64,000 nucleotides of DNA from an uncultured Clostridia bacterium. Lineage in GTDB: Bacteria; Bacillota; Clostridia; TANB77; CAG-508. Below, one piece after another: positions 58,786-64,000 of this stretch (position 1 is the first letter of the stretch; every line of letters begins with the position of its first letter). The DNA lies in the NCBI GenBank assembly GCA_963558405.1, contig CAUWGC010000002.1, positions 40,852-104,851 on the forward strand. The letters are read 5' to 3'. Below the pieces are notes generated by a model that was not told where the DNA came from, did not search any database, and saw nothing but the letters and a program-made list of their open reading frames with translations. The translations under genes were made by a program, and so were the position numbers.

Positions 58786-60564
58786 ATGAAAAAAGAGACT
58801 AATCAAGAAAATTTAGAAACAAATGAGATTGATAACAATAATATTAGCTCTGTTGAAAATAAAACAAATGATTCTAAATTAGATATAATTAAAGAAAATG
58901 ATAGTAAGCAAGATAGTAATACAGAAAATGTAGTTAATTCAAAAGAAGTAATAGTAAATGAACTTAATTCCAACGAATTTGAGCCAGAACAAAAATATAA
59001 AGCCAAAAATACTGAATCTATTAAAAAAATAACTTTTTGTATAAGCTTATCTCTTTGTATTATTTTAGGTATATTTTTATTACTTTCTACAATATTTGCT
59101 TTATTAAATATAAATAATAACAAAATTATATCTGGAATATATATTAATGATATTAATGTATCTGGTTTAACTAAAGAAGAGGGAAAAGAAGCTGTTTCTA
59201 CAGCTATTACAAATAATCTTTCTTTAAATATAAAAATTTATGATGGAGATTATGAAACTTCTTTTTTAGCTGAACAAATAAGTGCAACTTTTGACATTGA
59301 TAATGCTATTAATTATGCATATAGTATTGGAAGAAGTGGTAATTTTATTCAAAATAATTATACTATTCTTTCTGCTTTACTTGAAACAGTCCATATTGAA
59401 CCTGTATTAAAGTATGATGAAGAAGCATTAAATTCTATTGTTTCTAGTATTGCTGAAAAATTGCCAAACAAAATGATAGAACCTAGTTATTATATAGAAG
59501 ATTCTAACTTAATTATTACTAAAGGGCACTCTGGTAATATTGTAGATGAAGAACAATTAAAAATTCTTTTAATAAACACTATAAAAAATACATCATCTAC
59601 TAATAAAGAAATTAAAATTCCTGTTAACTATGTTGAGTGTAAAGCAATTGATATTGATTCTATATACAAAGAAGTAAAAAAGGACCCTAAGGATGCATAC
59701 TATACAAATGATCCATTTGTTGTATATCCTCATGTAAACGGTGTTGATTTTGCAATTTCTTTAAAAGAAGCTAAAAAGTTATTACAAGAAGAAAAAGAAG
59801 AATATGTAATTCCTTTAAAATCAATTACCCCTTCTGTAACAACTAATCAAATTGGAACAGAAGCATTTCCCGATTTACTTTCATCATTTAAAACAAGTTA
59901 CTATGAAAGTAATGTAAATCGTACTACCAATTTAAAACTGTCAGCTGGAAAAATAAACGGTACTGTTCTACTTCCTGGTGAAGTATTTTCTTATAATCAA
60001 GTAGTTGGAAAAAGAACTATTGAAGCTGGTTATAAAGATGCTGCTGTCTTTCAAGGAGGAAAAGTAGTAGATGGTCTTGGTGGTGGAATTTGTCAAATTT
60101 CTTCTACCCTTTATGATGCAGTTGTACTTGCAAACCTAGAAATTGTAGAAAGAACAAATCATGGCTTTGTAACTTCTTATTTAAAATCTGGTCGTGATGC
60201 TACTGTTGTTTATGGAGCAATTGATTTTAAATTTAAAAACAATAGAAAATATCCTATTAAAATTGTTTCTTCTGTATCAAATGGAATTGCAGAATTTAAA
60301 ATTTTTGGAAAAAAAGAAGAAGTTGAATATGATGTAGAAATTGTAACAAAAACTATTTCATCTATTCCATTTAAAGTAAGATACGTAAATGATCCTACTT
60401 TGCCTGTAGGAAAAACAAAGGTTTTACAAGGTGGTTCTAATGGATGTAAAGTAGAAGCTTATAAGGTATTAAAACTAAATGGTCAAACTGTTTCTACTAC
60501 ACTACTTTCCCGTGATACATATAATGCAATGGAAAAAATAATTGCTAAAGGAACTAAAAAATAA
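58786..60564 (+). CDS. VanW-family protein with N-terminal TM and C-terminal G5-like domain
   Basis: The VanW core includes GGGICQISSTLY. It has an N-terminal TM segment, and the C-terminus reads TKVLQGGSNGCKVEAYKV. Confidence 0.7.
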   Translation: MKKETNQENLETNEIDNNNISSVENKTNDSKLDIIKENDSKQDSNTENVVNSKEVIVNELNSNEFEPEQKYKAKNTESIKKITFCISLSLCIILGIFLLLSTIFALLNINNNKIISGIYINDINVSGLTKEEGKEAVSTAITNNLSLNIKIYDGDYETSFLAEQISATFDIDNAINYAYSIGRSGNFIQNNYTILSALLETVHIEPVLKYDEEALNSIVSSIAEKLPNKMIEPSYYIEDSNLIITKGHSGNIVDEEQLKILLINTIKNTSSTNKEIKIPVNYVECKAIDIDSIYKEVKKDPKDAYYTNDPFVVYPHVNGVDFAISLKEAKKLLQEEKEEYVIPLKSITPSVTTNQIGTEAFPDLLSSFKTSYYESNVNRTTNLKLSAGKINGTVLLPGEVFSYNQVVGKRTIEAGYKDAAVFQGGKVVDGLGGGICQISSTLYDAVVLANLEIVERTNHGFVTSYLKSGRDATVVYGAIDFKFKNNRKYPIKIVSSVSNGIAEFKIFGKKEEVEYDVEIVTKTISSIPFKVRYVNDPTLPVGKTKVLQGGSNGCKVEAYKVLKLNGQTVSTTLLSRDTYNAMEKIIAKGTKK

Positions 60565-60619
60565 AGTTTATTATTATATTTATTATATTTTATAAAATCA
60601 AAAGAAAGAAGGAATAATT

Positions 60620-61575
60620 ATGTATGATGAACAAAAGAAATTAGAAGAATTAAACGGTTTTAAAGATTTACGTATAGTTGATAATTTTTATCAAACATCT
60701 AGCTTTTTCCCAATGCCAACAACAGAAATTGGAACATTAAATGAGTCTGGTAAAACTAATTTAGGTTCTTATTCTCTTTGCTTTCCTTACTATATTGCTG
60801 GTAAAGATTACTATGCAATGATTCTTTGTTGCCGAAATAGTTCTAATACTGCAAAAAATATTTTAAGAACAAAAAATGCACTATTAACTTTATTCAAGAC
60901 AAAAGAAAGTATTTTAAAGAAGCTGTTAGATTAGGCTATCCTGGTGAAACTACAGAAGAGAAAATGAAAGATTGTATTTTTACTTTAGTAGATGGAAAAA
61001 GTGCAAGAGAAAATCCAAACGAGGCTTACCCTAAGATAGTAAAAGAAGCATTTCAAGTTTTTGAATGTACATGGATGAATCAATTAGATGGAGCTGAAAA
61101 CGATACTGTACAAGAGGAATATTTACCTCCTTATCATGATTTTAATGGTATAACAAGTCAATATGGTGCACACTTTATTTTAAAAATAGATCATATTTTA
61201 ATTAAGCAAAAATATTATGATTCTATTCTTAATGGTGTATCTGCAAGTGCTTTTCCAAGTGTTCCTGTAGACTATGGATATAGAGATAATAAAAATTTTT
61301 GGTATACACGATTTAAAAGACCAATTGCAGAACCAATACCAGCTAGTAAAGGTATTAGCTTAGATACAGTAAAATATGCTGCATCTCGTATTGATACAGA
61401 AGTAAAATTTACAGATGAAGCTTGTCAAAAATTAATAAAAGTTCCAAGAGTATTTTTAAATACAGTATTAAAGGGTTGCGTTTCTTGGGCAAAAGAAAAT
61501 AATGTTACATTAATTACAGAAAAAGAAATGGAAATTATACAAGATAAACGTAATAAAGAAAAAAAGTATGGATAA
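60620..61575 (+). pseudogene. flavin-reductase-like (split-barrel) gene apparently split by a frameshift
   Basis: ORF1 (60620-60934) has an N-terminal split-barrel-like segment (PMPTTEIGTLNESGKTNLGSYSLCFPYY). ORF2 (60964-61575) has a C-terminal-like segment (VFECTW...GAHFILKIDHIL). ORF2's frame stays open upstream to 60847 with no ATG, overlapping the end of ORF1. Confidence 0.35.
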
Positions 61576-61730
61576 AATAAATATGGATATTAAAAATAAT
61601 TTGGACTACATAGCACATTAATAAAAGCAAACAAAAAAGCTATAAAATAAAGTTATACTTTTCATAGTATAACTTTATTTTATATTTTTTTATAATTATT
61701 GCTGGTCGAGGTGAAGAAAAAATAAAATAT

Positions 61731-62411
61731 CTATTTCTTATATCCAAACCTCTCCATTCTCTCTTCTTCTCTAGTAGATAATTCTTTTAGCCATTCAGCT
61801 AAACCATTACTATCATTATTTCGTAAAAATTCGAAATACTTTACCCTATCCTCTTTTGCTATTACAACAGGTGGCAAGTCATTTTTTAGTAATTCATAAT
61901 TTATAAGCAATCTACCTGTTCTTCCATTTCCATCTTCAAAAGGATGTATTTTTTCAAAATCAATATGATATTTTGCAATTTTAGTAAATATATCTTGTTC
62001 ATCATGATTATAGTTATGTATATAATACATTATTAAATTTGGTACTTTTTCAGGCTCTGGTGGAATATGTTCACTACCTTTAATAAATATTTGTGCAGTT
62101 CTGTAACCTTCAGTATCTTTAATATCTCTATTTATCGTTTCATTTAATTTTTTAATAAATCTCTCATCAAATTCTTCATTATTTTGTAAATTTTTAAAAA
62201 CTAATTCTAATGCTTTTTTATGATTTATAGCCTCATATATTTCCCTTGGCTCTTTTCCTTCAATTTTAAAGCTATTGTCGTTGTATAGAATAGCATATGT
62301 TTCAGCATAAGTAAGTGTACTTCCTTCAATAGCATTTGAATGATAAGTACTTCTTGTAATTAAATCTTCTAAATAACTTTTATTATTTAAAATAAATTCT
62401 AAAATTGACAT
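61731..62411 (-). CDS. fic: Fic-family AMPylase-type protein (class II, canonical motifs)
   Basis: The inhibitory motif SNAIEGS and the active site HPFEDGNGRTGR are both present. Confidence 0.8.
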   Translation of the reverse strand: MSILEFILNNKSYLEDLITRSTYHSNAIEGSTLTYAETYAILYNDNSFKIEGKEPREIYEAINHKKALELVFKNLQNNEEFDERFIKKLNETINRDIKDTEGYRTAQIFIKGSEHIPPEPEKVPNLIMYYIHNYNHDEQDIFTKIAKYHIDFEKIHPFEDGNGRTGRLLINYELLKNDLPPVVIAKEDRVKYFEFLRNNDSNGLAEWLKELSTREEERMERFGYKK

Positions 62412-62601
62412 GAATTTCTCCTATAATATAAAATAAAAGAACTGTCTTAAGCAACAGTCCTTTTTTATGGTCGAGGCGACTACCTCGAAAAAACACATAT
62501 CTATTGCAATTACTGCATTTTCTTAATCAAACATAATTCTTGAAATTTGACCTTGAAATTTTCTAGTAATTTTTTATCTATTCAATTAACTTCAATTTTG
62601 C

Positions 62602-63933
62602 TTACATCTCACTTATTCCATCTGTTACATAATTTATATATTTTTCTTTCTCTTTTCTTTGATAAAAGTTAAAAACTTTTCCATATTCATTAATGGTTGT
62701 CTGAATATCATGATGTCCCATTAATGTTTGAAGTACAGGTAGAGAAATTCCTGCTTCGATACATCTTGTTGCAAAAGTATGTCTTAACCTGTGTGAACTA
62801 AATTCTTTCCAATAACTTAGTCCAATTTCTTTTGCAACTCTTTTTAAATAACTATTTACACTACTTTCTAAAATAAGTGAGCCGTTTTCTTGACAGAATA
62901 ATAATTTTTCTTTGTTATTTTCATTAGCTTCTGCATTTGCAATAGCCTCTATAACATTATTTTTGAAAACATCATTAATCTGAACAAGTCTAGCACCGTC
63001 TTTTGTTTGAGATAAGGCAGAATCATGTATGTATGGTTTATGATTTTCATCATGTGTTAGTATTTTACTAACAGAAATGGTATTACTATGAATATCAACA
63101 TCTGAAGTATTTAATGCTAATGTTTCTCCTAACCTCATTCCAGTGTACAATTCAATCAAGACAAGATTTCTATATGGATGAGTATCGGTAATTAGATATT
63201 GTTTAAATCTTTTTTCTTCATCAAATGTCATTGGATTAACTTGTTTTGTAGCAATTTTACTTTGAGTTTTCTCAATTTTATTAAATCCTCTAAAAAAGTT
63301 CTTTTTAATATAATCATTTTCTTCAGCATAATCATAGATTCTTACTAACATTCCATAATCTTTTTTTATTATAGAATTTGACTTATCTCTTTCATCTTCC
63401 AAGAAACTTTCAATACTTTCTTTTTTTACTTTCTCAATAGGAATATTGGAAAACTCATATGAATTTATTCTTTTCAATGTACTCATATTTGTTCTATATG
63501 CATTTGTTCCAATTTTGCCTCTGGATTTTTTTATTTCTTCCATTTGGCAACCTAAGCTATATATTGTTACCATTGTTTTTTGAACAATATTTTTAGGTAA
63601 TCCATTTCTTTTTACATCATCTTTAAATTGATAAAGCTTATATAGTGCCTCGTCTTCAGTCTTTCCAGTAAAAGTTTTTTTAATTTCTTTTCCTGTTTGT
63701 GGACTTCTACCTAAATTTAATATTGCTTTTGAACATGAAGAAATATAGAAAATATCACATTCTGTAGCATTTGCACAATTTTTACATATAGAGCATTTTG
63801 AAAGTTTTTTTCTATTGCTACAAATTGACCTATCTTTACAATTCTTACAAGTTGGACAGATAGGTAAAGAATTTACTTTCTTTTTTGTTTTTATTGTGTA
63901 TGTTCCAACTGTAATTCCTTTTGAGTGTTGCAT
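62602..63933 (-). CDS. tyrosine integrase with N-terminal Cys-rich (double CxxC) domain
   Basis: The C-terminus reads RLRHTFATRCIEAGISLPVLQTLMGHHDIQTTINEYGKV. The N-terminus is CPTCKNCKDRSICSNRKKLSKCSICKNCANATEC. Confidence 0.85.
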   Translation of the reverse strand: MQHSKGITVGTYTIKTKKKVNSLPICPTCKNCKDRSICSNRKKLSKCSICKNCANATECDIFYISSCSKAILNLGRSPQTGKEIKKTFTGKTEDEALYKLYQFKDDVKRNGLPKNIVQKTMVTIYSLGCQMEEIKKSRGKIGTNAYRTNMSTLKRINSYEFSNIPIEKVKKESIESFLEDERDKSNSIIKKDYGMLVRIYDYAEENDYIKKNFFRGFNKIEKTQSKIATKQVNPMTFDEEKRFKQYLITDTHPYRNLVLIELYTGMRLGETLALNTSDVDIHSNTISVSKILTHDENHKPYIHDSALSQTKDGARLVQINDVFKNNVIEAIANAEANENNKEKLLFCQENGSLILESSVNSYLKRVAKEIGLSYWKEFSSHRLRHTFATRCIEAGISLPVLQTLMGHHDIQTTINEYGKVFNFYQRKEKEKYINYVTDGISEM

Positions 63934-64000
63934 TTAGTACCTCCTTATTCTAGGAAGAACTACCCTGCTTTACTCTTGTACCATAAAATCTATGGTTATC

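Noticed and set aside
62440-62470. The hairpin GGACTGTTGCTTAAGACAGTTC between the integrase and Fic genes.
   Set aside because: It could be a bidirectional terminator, but it abuts the Fic RBS and strand assignment is ambiguous. It is left uncalled.

Overview
This window is a low-GC (roughly 28-30% GC) Firmicutes/Clostridia-like chromosomal segment. Almost every gene is on the minus strand. The main feature is a ~41.6-kb integrative conjugative element (ICE) inserted in an initiator tRNA-fMet gene. It is bounded by a 17-bp direct repeat (3572-3588 and 45152-45168), carries a tyrosine integrase plus Xis-like HTH protein at the left end, and has matching 25-bp arm-type repeats inside both ends. 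The ICE core has an oriT-like hairpin, MobC and a MOB-P relaxase, a VirD4 coupling protein, VirB4, VirB6-like and small membrane proteins, an M23 cell-wall hydrolase, an MT-A70 orphan methylase, ArdA, a RadC-like JAB protein, a ParB-like protein, a RepA_N initiator, and sigma/ArpU-like regulators. Cargo comprises a Type III R-M operon (mod-res) co-transcribed with three unknown genes, a sortase with a 1055-aa CnaB-repeat LPXTG adhesin, and a Spo0A-family response regulator whose promoter carries 0A-box-like sites. Two features recur across the ICE that ordinary annotation would not report. Several conjugation-associated proteins share a C-terminal tail ending in DEMEF, and a conserved extended promoter motif occurs five times. 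The left flank (1-3571) carries ArsC/Spx-like, ASCH, Fic and YHYH/Big_2 genes. The right flank is mainly housekeeping: comEA, a D-Ala-D-Ala carboxypeptidase, an LCP protein, CvpA, an ABC-2 exporter with GldG-like partner, a GDT1 transporter, yhbY, tRNA-Arg(TCT), an M18 aminopeptidase and VanW. It ends with a canonical Fic gene and a second tyrosine integrase, probably the edge of another mobile element. All calls rest on motif-level reading of the translations and DNA; no database search was possible.
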